Shown here piece after piece: positions 38,982 to 48,906 of a DNA stretch of 64,000 nt. This stretch comes from an uncultured delta proteobacterium. Lineage in GTDB: Bacteria; Desulfobacterota; Syntrophorhabdia; Syntrophorhabdales; WCHB1-27. The stretch's first letter is position 1; every line of letters begins with the position of its first letter. The translations under genes were made by a program, and so were the position numbers. The notes under the pieces were generated by a model. It did not search any database. It was not told the origin of the DNA and was given only the letters and a program-made list of their open reading frames with translations. Where the stretch lies: contig CAWEPK010000008.1 in NCBI GenBank assembly GCA_963810935.1, forward strand, positions 448,001 through 512,000, given 5' to 3'.

Positions 38982-39312
38982 AATAGAACCTCCCCTACCA
39001 TACGTATTGTTCAAACCAAATGTTAAGAAAGCGTTAAACATCTTTACAATAGTCAGCCGCCTTTGTCAAGCCATTTTTTCTTTTCCGGACGGTTCAATCG
39101 TCCACTCCGCCGGTTGCAGCGGTGTGCAGGGCCGCTTTAATGCATCTCCGGCTTTGCGCTGTGATTCAGCCGCTCCTTCTTTCTCTGCGCCCCCAATCAA
39201 ACCATAGCCTTACGGACGAAAGGCGTCTTGACAGGCCGTCATAGCGTTCACAGATTGTTACAGATCGAGGATGAGAAGGGACCGGCACGAATACTAACAA
39301 CATCGAGGCTCC

Positions 39313-40020
39313 ATGCGCGCCTGGGCCTGCCTTCTTTGTCTGTCGATTATCACCTGTTCCGCCTGCTCCGGCGCACCGGCCGTCAAGGCCCCTCCTTCGG
39401 CGCACGCCCCCTCGTCAGCACTATATCCGGTACGGGAAGTCAGGATCGTCGTCCTGGCCTCCGACGCAGACGACTTCGCGGCTGCGGAAAGCCTGGTCCG
39501 CGAAGGCTCGGAAGCCTTGTCCGCCCAGGTCGGCATAAGCCTCAAGATCGTCGGCCGAAGGCAGATCGACTGGCAATCGGACAACAGGTCGGGCGTCCTG
39601 CGCGAGGTCCTTGAGCGGATGAGCCTCTACGAGCAGCCCTACGACATGGCCGTCGCGGTCCGCGGGTTCAGCCTCACGGGGTTCATAGGATACGTGCTTT
39701 ACGGCGGATGGGAGGCCGTCATCGACGACACCTACCGGCGGTACGTCGTCATAAGGAGGATGACCGTTCAGGTGCTGCTCCACGAGATATGCCACGCCTT
39801 CCTCCTCTCCGAGAACCACACATGGGGCATCAGGCACCTGATGACGCCCATTACCTTCTATGTCCTTCCCGGCATAATGCCCCTCAACCGCTCCACTCAT
39901 CTCAACAAGAAGGACAGGGAAGAGATCATCAGGAACAAATGGAGGGACTTCTCGGGGACGTTGAACCTCCCCCGGTCGCAGGTCTCCGACCCCCTCGACC
40001 CGGTCCGCCAGGTCCGATAG
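39313..40020 (+). CDS. Putative zinc metalloprotease lipoprotein (metzincin-like)
   Basis: Lipobox-like CSAC; HEICHAFLLSENH followed by a Met-turn-like HLMTP. Confidence 0.7.
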   Translation: MRAWACLLCLSIITCSACSGAPAVKAPPSAHAPSSALYPVREVRIVVLASDADDFAAAESLVREGSEALSAQVGISLKIVGRRQIDWQSDNRSGVLREVLERMSLYEQPYDMAVAVRGFSLTGFIGYVLYGGWEAVIDDTYRRYVVIRRMTVQVLLHEICHAFLLSENHTWGIRHLMTPITFYVLPGIMPLNRSTHLNKKDREEIIRNKWRDFSGTLNLPRSQVSDPLDPVRQVR

Positions 40021-40222
40021 GACAGGCGGCACCGACCTTCGCCAACCTTTTCCTCCCCCGATCCAGCTAAGCGACCGCGATCGTCTAATCTATTAAAGTT
40101 TTCTTCACTTTTCTATTGCAATGAAGCAACAAATTGAAGTAACGTCTTCCGTACCGGACCAAAACAGTAAGCGGTTTGTAGTAATGCTTTGTGATTATGA
40201 ATAGCACCAACACCAATCAGGC

Positions 40223-40234
40223 GGCGGTAGCTTG
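40223..40234 (+). promoter_or_regulatory. ops-like element
   Basis: GGCGGTAGCTTG matches GGCGGTAGnnTG, in the leader of the polysaccharide operon. Confidence 0.55.
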
Positions 40235-40419
40235 CCTTTTTGTCGTTAAAGCGCTTGCCGGGCGTTTTTTCATATACGATTTAAAACAAGGGGCACCACC
40301 GATGTTATACGGAAACAGCCGGCAAGCCGCGATGTAGCAGCTTAGGAACACTGATGTTTGACACTTAACGCTGGGAACAATCGTCCAGCACAATTTACAT
40401 CTTTAAATGCGGAGGACAA

Positions 40420-41388
40420 ATGAATAAAAGTGCTTTAGTGTGCGGCGCAGGTGGATTCATCGGGAGCCACCTTGTCACCAGACTTCGAAAAGAGGGCTAC
40501 TGGGTCCGTGGTGTTGACTTGAAATACCCCGAATTCACAGAAACCGATGCGGATGACTTCGTTATAGGAGACTTAAGAGACCAAGCCCTATGTAGACACG
40601 TCACAGACCGGCGATTTGACGAGGTCTATCAGTTAGCCGCTGACATGGGGGGGGCCGGATACATATTTACGGGCGAGCACGACGCCGATGTCATGCACAA
40701 TTCCGGGACGATCAATCTCAATATGCTCGATGCGTGTCATAAGCGCAACATAAGAAAAATATTTTATTCGTCCTCGGCATGTATTTACCCGCAGTATAAC
40801 CAAATGGACCCGGACAACCCAAAGTGCTCGGAAGACTCCGCCTACCCCGCTGCCCCGGATAGCGAGTACGGATGGGAGAAACTTTTCAGCGAGAGACTTT
40901 ATCTCTCTTACCAGAGAAATCATGGGATGGAGGTCCACATATCACGGTTTCATAACATCTTCGGCCCGGAAGGCACGTGGGACGGTGGAAAAGAAAAAGC
41001 GCCGGCGGCCTTGTGCAGAAAAGTTGCAATGGCGAAAGACGGCGGAGAAATAGAAATTTGGGGGGATGGTAAACAGACGCGATCCTTCCTTTACATCGAC
41101 GAATGTCTGGAAGGTGTGAGACGGTTGATGAGTTCGAACTTTTCCGGACCCTTCAACATCGGGTCGGAGGAAATGGTAACGATTAACCAACTGGCCGAAA
41201 TGAGTATGGGTATTGCGGGAAAGCGCCTGTCAATAAAGCACATACCTGGTCCTCTCGGTGTAAGGGGCAGAAATTCGGATAATCGCCTCATTCGAGAAAA
41301 ACTTGGTTGGGAGCCAACCATGAAACTGACGGAAGGGCTTTCTACCACTTATAAGTGGATAGCCGAACAGGTAAATAAACTTGCATAA
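40420..41388 (+). CDS. GDP-mannose 3,5-epimerase-like extended SDR
   Basis: GAGGFIG, LAADMGGAGYI, SSACIYP, YGWEK, RFHNIFGP, GGKEKAPAALCRK, GPLGVRGRNSDN. Confidence 0.85.
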   Translation: MNKSALVCGAGGFIGSHLVTRLRKEGYWVRGVDLKYPEFTETDADDFVIGDLRDQALCRHVTDRRFDEVYQLAADMGGAGYIFTGEHDADVMHNSGTINLNMLDACHKRNIRKIFYSSSACIYPQYNQMDPDNPKCSEDSAYPAAPDSEYGWEKLFSERLYLSYQRNHGMEVHISRFHNIFGPEGTWDGGKEKAPAALCRKVAMAKDGGEIEIWGDGKQTRSFLYIDECLEGVRRLMSSNFSGPFNIGSEEMVTINQLAEMSMGIAGKRLSIKHIPGPLGVRGRNSDNRLIREKLGWEPTMKLTEGLSTTYKWIAEQVNKLA

Positions 41389-41434
41389 GCCCTGAAAAGC
41401 TCGACGAGCCTTGGGCTATCGAACGGAACGGATC

Positions 41435-42571
41435 ATGGGGGTTCACGTGTCAAAACGAGTGTGTTTGGTGGCAACAACGATCGGCAGCGGAGAATTTCTT
41501 GAAGACTACAGAAAAAATGCGGAAGCGGAAGGCGTGGAGAACGATATAACCTTCATTATTATCCCCGATCTCAAGACCCCAGCAAGCCTGTTTGAAAGCT
41601 GCGAGATGCTCCGAAAAAATGGGATCAAGGTAATCTGCCCCTCGGTCGATGAACAGGACAGTTATCTATCCGGGTTGGGGAGAGTCAGAAAAACGATTCC
41701 TTACAATTCAGACAATCGACGAAATATTGGCTACCTTATGGCCTGGGAACAAAACTGTGATGTGCTAATCTCGATTGATGATGACAATTTTCCGTCGGAG
41801 TCATTTTTTCATCAGCACTTAATTACGGGGGATACCCTGAAGGCGGAGGTAATAGAAAGCTGCTCAGGATGGTATAACATATGCGATTTGCTAGAAATCG
41901 AGCCGAAGACGACTTATCCGCGGGGGTTCCCGTATGAGCACAGACACAAACAACCGGCACTTAACACTCTTTCGGAAGAAGGCCAGGTCGGAATAAACGC
42001 AGGTCTATGGACAGGGCATCCGGACATCGATGCCGTGAGTTGCCTTTATGCGCCAGCGGAGGCCAAACGTTTGGTTGGGGGACCATACCTCCTAGGAAAG
42101 AGCACGTGGTCGCCAATTAACACGCAGAATACGGCATTAATGTGGGACGCCATTCCTGCCTACTATTTTCTTCGGATGGGCTACCCCGTGATGGGAATGC
42201 CGATTGACAGAGATGGTGATATTTTCAGCGGGTATTTTGTCCAGGCATGTGCCCGCCATCTCGGTTACCGTATAAGGATTGGACTTCCGATAACCCGCCA
42301 CGTCAGAAATACACACAACTACATGAAAGACTTAAGTTTTGAACTTGCTTGCATCTGGATCCTGGAGGACATTACTGCTTGGCTTTGCAGTGTCAAACTT
42401 GAGGGAAATAGTTTCTACGAAACATATCTTTGCCTGTCCGAAAAACTTGAGGATGCGGCCGAAACTTTCTCCGGGTTTATCTGGACTGATGCTACTAGAG
42501 GTTATTTCCACTATATGGCATACTGCATGCGTGCGTGGTTGGAGGCTATTCGTGTGCTGCATGGTTCTTAA
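41435..42571 (+). CDS. Reversibly glycosylated polypeptide (GT75) / NDP-pyranose mutase-like protein
   Basis: RRNIGYL, SIDDDN, PRGFPY, GLWTGHPDIDA, NTQNTA, RDGDIF. Start may be 41411, 41435 or 41447. Confidence 0.72.
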   Translation: MGVHVSKRVCLVATTIGSGEFLEDYRKNAEAEGVENDITFIIIPDLKTPASLFESCEMLRKNGIKVICPSVDEQDSYLSGLGRVRKTIPYNSDNRRNIGYLMAWEQNCDVLISIDDDNFPSESFFHQHLITGDTLKAEVIESCSGWYNICDLLEIEPKTTYPRGFPYEHRHKQPALNTLSEEGQVGINAGLWTGHPDIDAVSCLYAPAEAKRLVGGPYLLGKSTWSPINTQNTALMWDAIPAYYFLRMGYPVMGMPIDRDGDIFSGYFVQACARHLGYRIRIGLPITRHVRNTHNYMKDLSFELACIWILEDITAWLCSVKLEGNSFYETYLCLSEKLEDAAETFSGFIWTDATRGYFHYMAYCMRAWLEAIRVLHGS

Positions 42572-42627
42572 GACGTCTAAAAGAGATTGACTCAGAAAAA
42601 TCAGGACTGATACGCCGGTCTTCAATA

Positions 42628-44169
42628 ATGGCAAGAGAGAGTTACGGTACTATAGTAGCCCGCGGCGCCTTCTTTAACATATTGGGCTGGTTATGGCCAG
42701 CGCTCTTATACCTCGTTTCCACGCCTATTATCATCGAGAAGATTGGAGTAGAGGCTTTCGGTGTACTCAGTCTACTGACTCTCATCACCGGGTACCTAAG
42801 CCCTATTGCCGCCCCTTTTGCACAGGCAAACATAAAATACATTGCCGAATATACTGCAAAGGGGAACACGGAAAGTGCTGCAGAGACCCTTGCGCTGAGC
42901 GTATTGACCCAAGCAACAATAGGAATAGCTTTTGGCTTTGTGGTTTTCCTGTTGTCCGGGTGGCTGTGCTCGTCCGTGTTTAACATTCCTCAAAACCTGC
43001 TTTCCACTTCGCACTTCATGTTTCGGATGTCGGGTGTTTTATTGCCTATTATAGCAATATCCGGGGCATTCGGTAGTGCCCTTCAAGGGACGTATAGATT
43101 TGACACGTTCAATCTAGTGAATGGAGGTCTTGCGACCGCCAGCGCAGCATTCTCGATAGGCATCGTGTGGTTGGGGTTTGCGCTTAAAGAGTTGGTGCTT
43201 GTCCAAGCCGGCGTAACTATAACCGGCATGTTTGCGTTTGCCTTTTGTTCAAGATTTTCGATTCTGAACAAGAAGTTCTTCCGCAGCGCTAATTTTTCCT
43301 TATTGTCACCTATGCTTAGTTTTAGCTCATGGGTGTTTATTAACCAGTCCATTTCGCTCCTCACTTTTCAACTGGGAAAAACGGCGGTCGGAATAACGCT
43401 GGACGCAAGAGAGTTGGCTTATTACACTATAGCCAACAACTTCGCTATCTATCTGCAATCGTTCGCGGCCAGATTATCTACGGTGTTCTTTCCCCTGAGC
43501 GCCGAATTATTTTCCGACGGCTCGTTTTCGAAGCTGAAGCTTATGTACGAAAGAGCCCAGCGGATAGTATTGTTTGTTGTAGGGGCCGCGGCTGTCATCT
43601 ACATCGGATTCGGCCGAATCGGGTTCCACTACTGGCTAGGGGCTGATTTTGAAGCCAACTCTTATCCGCTATTGTGCTGCCTGACGGGCTGGGGTTTGTT
43701 ACATGCTTTGGGCGCAATCCCTTACAATATAGTTAATGGGAGCGGGAAGCCTCGTATAAATGCCTTATTTGCTATATGGTTTGGCGCGGGCAATCTTCTT
43801 CTTATTTTACTGTTCTCCCGATGGGGCTCCGTAGGTATCGCGCTTGCGTCTCTCATAGCCGCTTTGATAATCGTCCCTATTTACATCTATTATATAGAGC
43901 ATCGGATCATGAAAATCAGTAAATCGAATTTACTACGGCACGCGATCATGCCCTTTATTATTTCCTCCGCGGTTGCTGTATTGGTTGGTCGGATTCTAAT
44001 CGTTTGGGTAACCGGCATTCATGGCCAACTGGCTGCTCTTTCTGCGGCTCTCGTAGCCTATGCATTGGCAAGCGCCTTGACCGGTCTTTTTCCGTTATCG
44101 GATTTAAAGTTTGTACTTGAGAAAGCCAGGACGCTCTTCAACATGTTCCACAGGAGGACATATCCTTGA
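42628..44169 (+). CDS. wzx: Wzx-type oligosaccharide flippase
   Basis: ~513 aa, 12-14 TM segments, TPIIIEKIGVEAFGV, LAYYTIA, FFPLSAEL. Confidence 0.88.
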   Translation: MARESYGTIVARGAFFNILGWLWPALLYLVSTPIIIEKIGVEAFGVLSLLTLITGYLSPIAAPFAQANIKYIAEYTAKGNTESAAETLALSVLTQATIGIAFGFVVFLLSGWLCSSVFNIPQNLLSTSHFMFRMSGVLLPIIAISGAFGSALQGTYRFDTFNLVNGGLATASAAFSIGIVWLGFALKELVLVQAGVTITGMFAFAFCSRFSILNKKFFRSANFSLLSPMLSFSSWVFINQSISLLTFQLGKTAVGITLDARELAYYTIANNFAIYLQSFAARLSTVFFPLSAELFSDGSFSKLKLMYERAQRIVLFVVGAAAVIYIGFGRIGFHYWLGADFEANSYPLLCCLTGWGLLHALGAIPYNIVNGSGKPRINALFAIWFGAGNLLLILLFSRWGSVGIALASLIAALIIVPIYIYYIEHRIMKISKSNLLRHAIMPFIISSAVAVLVGRILIVWVTGIHGQLAALSAALVAYALASALTGLFPLSDLKFVLEKARTLFNMFHRRTYP

Positions 44170-45089
44170 GTAAACAAATCGCGGTCAAAGCACTAAAGAA
44201 AGGAAGAGGCTTACTACTCCGGCCGTTTCTCAGACTTGCTGAACCGGCCAAGATAATAAGGAATTGGCAAGAGGGAGACAAGTGGGCGGACCAGAACAAA
44301 GATTTACTGAATAGTGGGCATAAACCGCTGATTAGCATAATAGTGCCGACGTACAAACGAATTGGACCCTTAGTAGACTGCATCGCGAGCATCAGGCGCC
44401 ATACTACGGATTACGAGATTATAGTTGTCAATAGCGGGAGTGGCCGCCTTGGCGACCAATGGCTCATAAAACAAAGGCAGGCCGGCGATGTCATTTTGAT
44501 CTTCGATAATGGCCGGCGGTTCGGCCGGCGTGTGATGTCTCAATCGTATTTCTATAATCTCGGATATCAAATGGCTAACGGGAAATATGTCGTGCATTTT
44601 GCGGATGATTGTCAAGCGTTGCCAGGATGGACAACGGACGTTATTTCGAAGTTAGACTCGGACCCCGACATCGGTCTCGCACTGTTCTTAGGTCAGCCAC
44701 ACGAATATGGAAAATTCCAGAACACTGTTTATACAGGAAAGGATGATACGTACTACCCCGTTGCTCATTGGTTCTGCGCACGTAAGACGGATTTGGCCTC
44801 AATTGGTTTTATGGATGAGGATTACAGCTATTATTATAATGATCTCGATCTGACCGTGCGGGTTATGCAACGGCTGAGAAAGAGAGTAAAATGCTCCACA
44901 AAAAGTAAGATACTCCATATTGACAAAGCCCTTACGTACAGAACACGACAGCCCGTCAATAGAGACCTAGAAAGATTCAATACGCTCTGGAAACATACAG
45001 TAGGTTTCGGAGCAGACGACAAACTCGCCAGCCATCTCCTCTCAGAGGAACAAACCGAAGATTGGATCAGAACCGGGAAGCTGCTCTAA
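44166..45089 (+). CDS. Glycosyltransferase family 2
   Basis: ISIIVPTY, YEIIVVNSGS, FADD, GFMDEDY, DLDL. Confidence 0.85.
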   Translation: MSKQIAVKALKKGRGLLLRPFLRLAEPAKIIRNWQEGDKWADQNKDLLNSGHKPLISIIVPTYKRIGPLVDCIASIRRHTTDYEIIVVNSGSGRLGDQWLIKQRQAGDVILIFDNGRRFGRRVMSQSYFYNLGYQMANGKYVVHFADDCQALPGWTTDVISKLDSDPDIGLALFLGQPHEYGKFQNTVYTGKDDTYYPVAHWFCARKTDLASIGFMDEDYSYYYNDLDLTVRVMQRLRKRVKCSTKSKILHIDKALTYRTRQPVNRDLERFNTLWKHTVGFGADDKLASHLLSEEQTEDWIRTGKLL

Positions 45090-45130
45090 AGAGATTATCT
45101 GTGTCTACCACTCCGAAACGGTGAACGGTT

Positions 45131-46391
45131 TTGCGCTCGATACAGAGAGGTGCGTTGTTTCCGAAGCTGGCCCGCCCTGAATGTCTCTTTCTTTTTGGCA
45201 CGATTCAGGCGCTATTCCCATACGTAACGTGGACTTTGTATGGGCTTAATGAAATGTACGATTATAGTTTGACGTATCTCCCTATAGCAATATGGGCGGG
45301 CGGATATTTGAGCTTCGTAGCGGGCGCGAGAATAATGGCGGTGCGCGTACCAAGGGCCGATAGCCGCTCTTCGCGACCCCTCAAAGTAAATGCGGCGTTC
45401 CTTGAAATGGCGATGGCGGTCGTTGCCATTGCCCTATGCGTTCAGCTATGGCTCGCCGTCCGCCTGTTTGGCACAATTCCTTTGCTGGCGTTTATATCAA
45501 ATTCTATGGACGTCATTGATGTAAACGACATGCAGGAGTCGAGCATGTTCGGCCAACTGGGTATGCTGCAGGCTGAGTCTTTGTTTTCTAACCGGTTTAT
45601 TCCTTCTCTACATTATGAGAAGCGTTGAATCCAATCGTAAGATTCGACTGAGCATCTGCCTTCCTGTGGCCGGGATTGCCCTACTATGTCATCTATTTAC
45701 GGGCAAGAGGCAATCACTCCTTATGTCAATGTTCTTTATATTTGTCGGCCTATCAATTTATTATCGGCGTGATCCTGTTGAAAGGATACTTAAGGCAATC
45801 AACCCAAGTGGCCGATTGAGAGTGATTGCGCCTTTCTGTTACCTGATCTGTATCGCAGCCGTGTCCATGATGTTTTCGGTTTTATACTTTATTAGGGTGG
45901 GCGGGGCAGCCTCTTACGACTTGTTACATGACGTGTTGTTCTATCTAGAGTTGCCTTTGATTAATTTAGAGACTCAATGCGCCTTGGTTGGATTAGGGCC
46001 GTATGAATATAGTATAGATCGAATCTTTCAGTCTCTTCTTCCTTACAAAGTAATGGCACCCGATCTATATTCAAGTATTCCCCGGTTAGAATCGACGATT
46101 GGTGCTGGATTCTTTGGCATGCTGCATTGGTACAGCGGACCGGCAGGTATTGTCATCGCTAGTTTCTGCTTCGGCCTTGTGTCTCAATTTTTTTACGCTA
46201 GAGCACAAAAGAGTGTTTTCTTTTTACTATCGTACTGTCAAATTTCATGGGCCTTACTTGTGGCACATAGTCATAATCACTTCTTAAATCTGGTGTTTGT
46301 ACCTGCACCTCTGGCGGCATTTTTCCTCTTATCGCTTGTTATACGGTTCTCGCCCTATTTCGGTGTAAGTCCGGTTGGCCGGAGAGCATGA
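45131..46391 (+). CDS. Wzy-like polysaccharide polymerase, split by an apparent 1-nt insertion at ~45571
   Basis: Two overlapping hydrophobic ORFs join as ...GMLQLSLCFLTGLFLLYIMRSV... if one G is removed; ~419 aa multi-TM protein with TGKRQ; fits the wzx/wzz context. Confidence 0.68.
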
Positions 46392-47101
46392 AGATATTAC
46401 TCGACAAGTATTTCAGACCGAATCTCTATAACCGTGAACGATGGGTTGCAGAAAAACTGGAGGCTATACCGGCAGGCAGTTTGATCCTTGACGTCGGTTG
46501 CGGCGGGCAACCCTATAGGAAATACTGTTCGCACCTAATATATAAAGCTCACGATTTCGGAGAATTGGATGCCTCGAAACAGATCGTCGGAGGGCGATAC
46601 GGGCATATAGATTATCGATCCGATATCTGCGCTATTCCCGAGAAAGATGGTGCATTTGATGCCGTACTTTGCACTGAAGTAATTGAGCACGTGCCAGAGC
46701 CTATCAAGGCAATCAAGGAGTTCGCCAGGCTACTGAAGGGACAAGGCATCCTGATCCTGACCGTTCCTCTTGGCTCGTTCGTTCACCAAGCTCCGTACCA
46801 TTTCTACGGCGGCTTTAGTGAGTACTGGATCACAAGATTTTTGCCAGAATCGGGCTTCCGAAATATCACTGTTGAAACTAATGGTAATTTCTTCCTATAT
46901 CTCGGGCAGGAATGCCAAAGAGTATGCCGAATTTTATTCAGCCCTAAGACGGCGGCTAAAAGAGTGTTGATGCTGCCGGTTGAGATAATGCTGAAATCCG
47001 TTCTTACCCTCACGATTCCGCTGCTTTGTTACCATATTGACAAGTACGTAAAAACACCCTATTTCACGATAGGTTACCACGTAACGGCCAGGAAAGAATG
47101 A
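46388..47101 (+). CDS. Class I SAM-dependent methyltransferase
   Basis: ILDVGCG, FDAVLCTEVIEHVPEP, LILTVP. Confidence 0.9.
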   Translation: MKILLDKYFRPNLYNRERWVAEKLEAIPAGSLILDVGCGGQPYRKYCSHLIYKAHDFGELDASKQIVGGRYGHIDYRSDICAIPEKDGAFDAVLCTEVIEHVPEPIKAIKEFARLLKGQGILILTVPLGSFVHQAPYHFYGGFSEYWITRFLPESGFRNITVETNGNFFLYLGQECQRVCRILFSPKTAAKRVLMLPVEIMLKSVLTLTIPLLCYHIDKYVKTPYFTIGYHVTARKE

Positions 47102-48141
47102 TGGACATTCTTCGAATAGCAAACGCCGCAAGGGATAGGGCCGGGGCGCAATTGAACAAATTTTGGCCACCCCGGTCTCAAGTCTTTCGCGGACAAAACA
47201 AGACCGGCTTTGTGATCGCATTGGTGGCCCGCCGTTGGGAATATGGCTCTCGCTTGACTGGGGACGGATTCGAATATAGAAGGTTTCTTCCTGCGCTCTG
47301 TAGTCTAGCAAGTGAGGTGCATTTCATCCCCACAGAAGCACGAGGCGCAATTACGTCGTCTTTAAGAAATATCGCTGATCGCGTTATATCGCAGCATAAA
47401 CCGGTGATCGCGATTTCGGTTTTTCAAACCCAGACAGACATACCGGACGACTACTTTAAGCTTGCCGGTAATCAATTCTTTCTCGCTAATTGGTATACGG
47501 ACGACGACATGTATTTCCAATCATTTTCGAGTAAAGTTGCAGCCAATTTTCAGTTAAACGTCACTACTTACGAACCCAATGTGGAAAGATATCACACCAT
47601 GGGTTGGCCAGCTTTACTGTCTCAATGGGGTGGTATCTCGGGCCTCACATTCTTGAATAGACGTAAATATCTGGCCTGTTTTATCGGTCGCATGTACGGA
47701 GGCCGCAAGACACTCGCGCGCAGATTGAAACGCACGCTGGGAGAGGACGTTTTTATTCATGATACACGCCTCTGGCCGCTCAACGAAGGAACGATGCTCT
47801 CCGTCTATCAGAATTCATGGATAGCCATCGACGAGCCCATGGCCTACGATGGGATCACCATGCAAATAAAGGCCAGAATTTTTGAGAATCCGTCTATGGG
47901 ATGTGTTGTGCTGACCAGAGAAACGCCCCGGCTATCTCCGTATTTTAACGCAGGCAAGGAAATCTTGTTCTACAGCGATATCGATCATCTATTAAATATA
48001 GTGAAAAATTGTAGACTGAATACCAAAGATTACAAAGAAATGGCGTACCGGGCCTACGATAGGGTTACGAAAGAGCATCTCTACGTACATAGGTTTGCAC
48101 GTATATTGCAATCCATAGAAAGAATAATAGGGGCATCTTAA
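47098..48141 (+). CDS. Glycosyltransferase (CgeB / Glyco_trans_1_2-like)
   Basis: CFIGRMYGGR, IKARIFE, YFNAGKEILFY, EHLYVHRF. Confidence 0.8.
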   Translation: MMDILRIANAARDRAGAQLNKFWPPRSQVFRGQNKTGFVIALVARRWEYGSRLTGDGFEYRRFLPALCSLASEVHFIPTEARGAITSSLRNIADRVISQHKPVIAISVFQTQTDIPDDYFKLAGNQFFLANWYTDDDMYFQSFSSKVAANFQLNVTTYEPNVERYHTMGWPALLSQWGGISGLTFLNRRKYLACFIGRMYGGRKTLARRLKRTLGEDVFIHDTRLWPLNEGTMLSVYQNSWIAIDEPMAYDGITMQIKARIFENPSMGCVVLTRETPRLSPYFNAGKEILFYSDIDHLLNIVKNCRLNTKDYKEMAYRAYDRVTKEHLYVHRFARILQSIERIIGAS

Positions 48142-48906
48142 ATGTCACACAGACTATCGGTCCTCATGTGCGCATGTAATTCGGAACTTTTCATAGCAGG
48201 CGCGATTGATAGCATTTTGGCTCAGACCTATGGCGACTTTGAATTCATTATCGTGGAAAACGGATCAACTGATAAGACATGGGATATTATAACGTCATAT
48301 GCTGATACCCGAATTAAGGCATTCAAATCGGATCTAAAACAGCTCCCTTACAATTTGAATTTCGGTTTGCTGCAAACCAACGCCGAATACGTGGCAAGAA
48401 TGGATGCCGATGATATCGCTCAGCCTATACGGTTTGAAAAACAGCTTGCCTATTTAACACAAAATCCGACAGTGTCAGTGTTAGGCACTGGGTTTCGCAC
48501 ATTTGGCGATGGCATTACTGGCCGTTCCTTCATCTTGCCGGTGGATGATGAAACCATAAGGCGTAGACTGAAATACTCTTTTTTTTCAATATGTCACCCT
48601 TCAGTTATTTACAAGCGAGACGTCGTTCTGCGCAACAGGGGCTATCAGCATGTGCGTATGTGTGAGGATTTTGATTTATGGCTGAGGCTACTTCGTGACG
48701 AAGCGGTTAGGTTTGCGAATCTGCCAGAGATATTGTTGAACTATAGAGTACACGCTGATCAAGCCCGGAATGATAGGACCGGTTACTACATGGTGGCTAG
48801 TGTCCTTTTTAAGGAAGCCCTTATTCACAAAGACCTAAAATGCTTTGCAGGTATTTTCTTTGCGCTAGCTAAATCGATCAAGAGGCGAACGTTTGGTTTC
48901 TTATGA
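48142..48906 (+). CDS. Glycosyltransferase family 2
   Basis: SILAQTYGDFEFIIVENGSTD, ARMDADD, EDFDLWLR. Confidence 0.92.
   Translation: MSHRLSVLMCACNSELFIAGAIDSILAQTYGDFEFIIVENGSTDKTWDIITSYADTRIKAFKSDLKQLPYNLNFGLLQTNAEYVARMDADDIAQPIRFEKQLAYLTQNPTVSVLGTGFRTFGDGITGRSFILPVDDETIRRRLKYSFFSICHPSVIYKRDVVLRNRGYQHVRMCEDFDLWLRLLRDEAVRFANLPEILLNYRVHADQARNDRTGYYMVASVLFKEALIHKDLKCFAGIFFALAKSIKRRTFGFL

Noticed and set aside
38470..39207. 245-aa plus-strand Ala-rich ORF
   Set aside because: Antisense mirror of the minus-strand gene, which has an SD and signal peptide.
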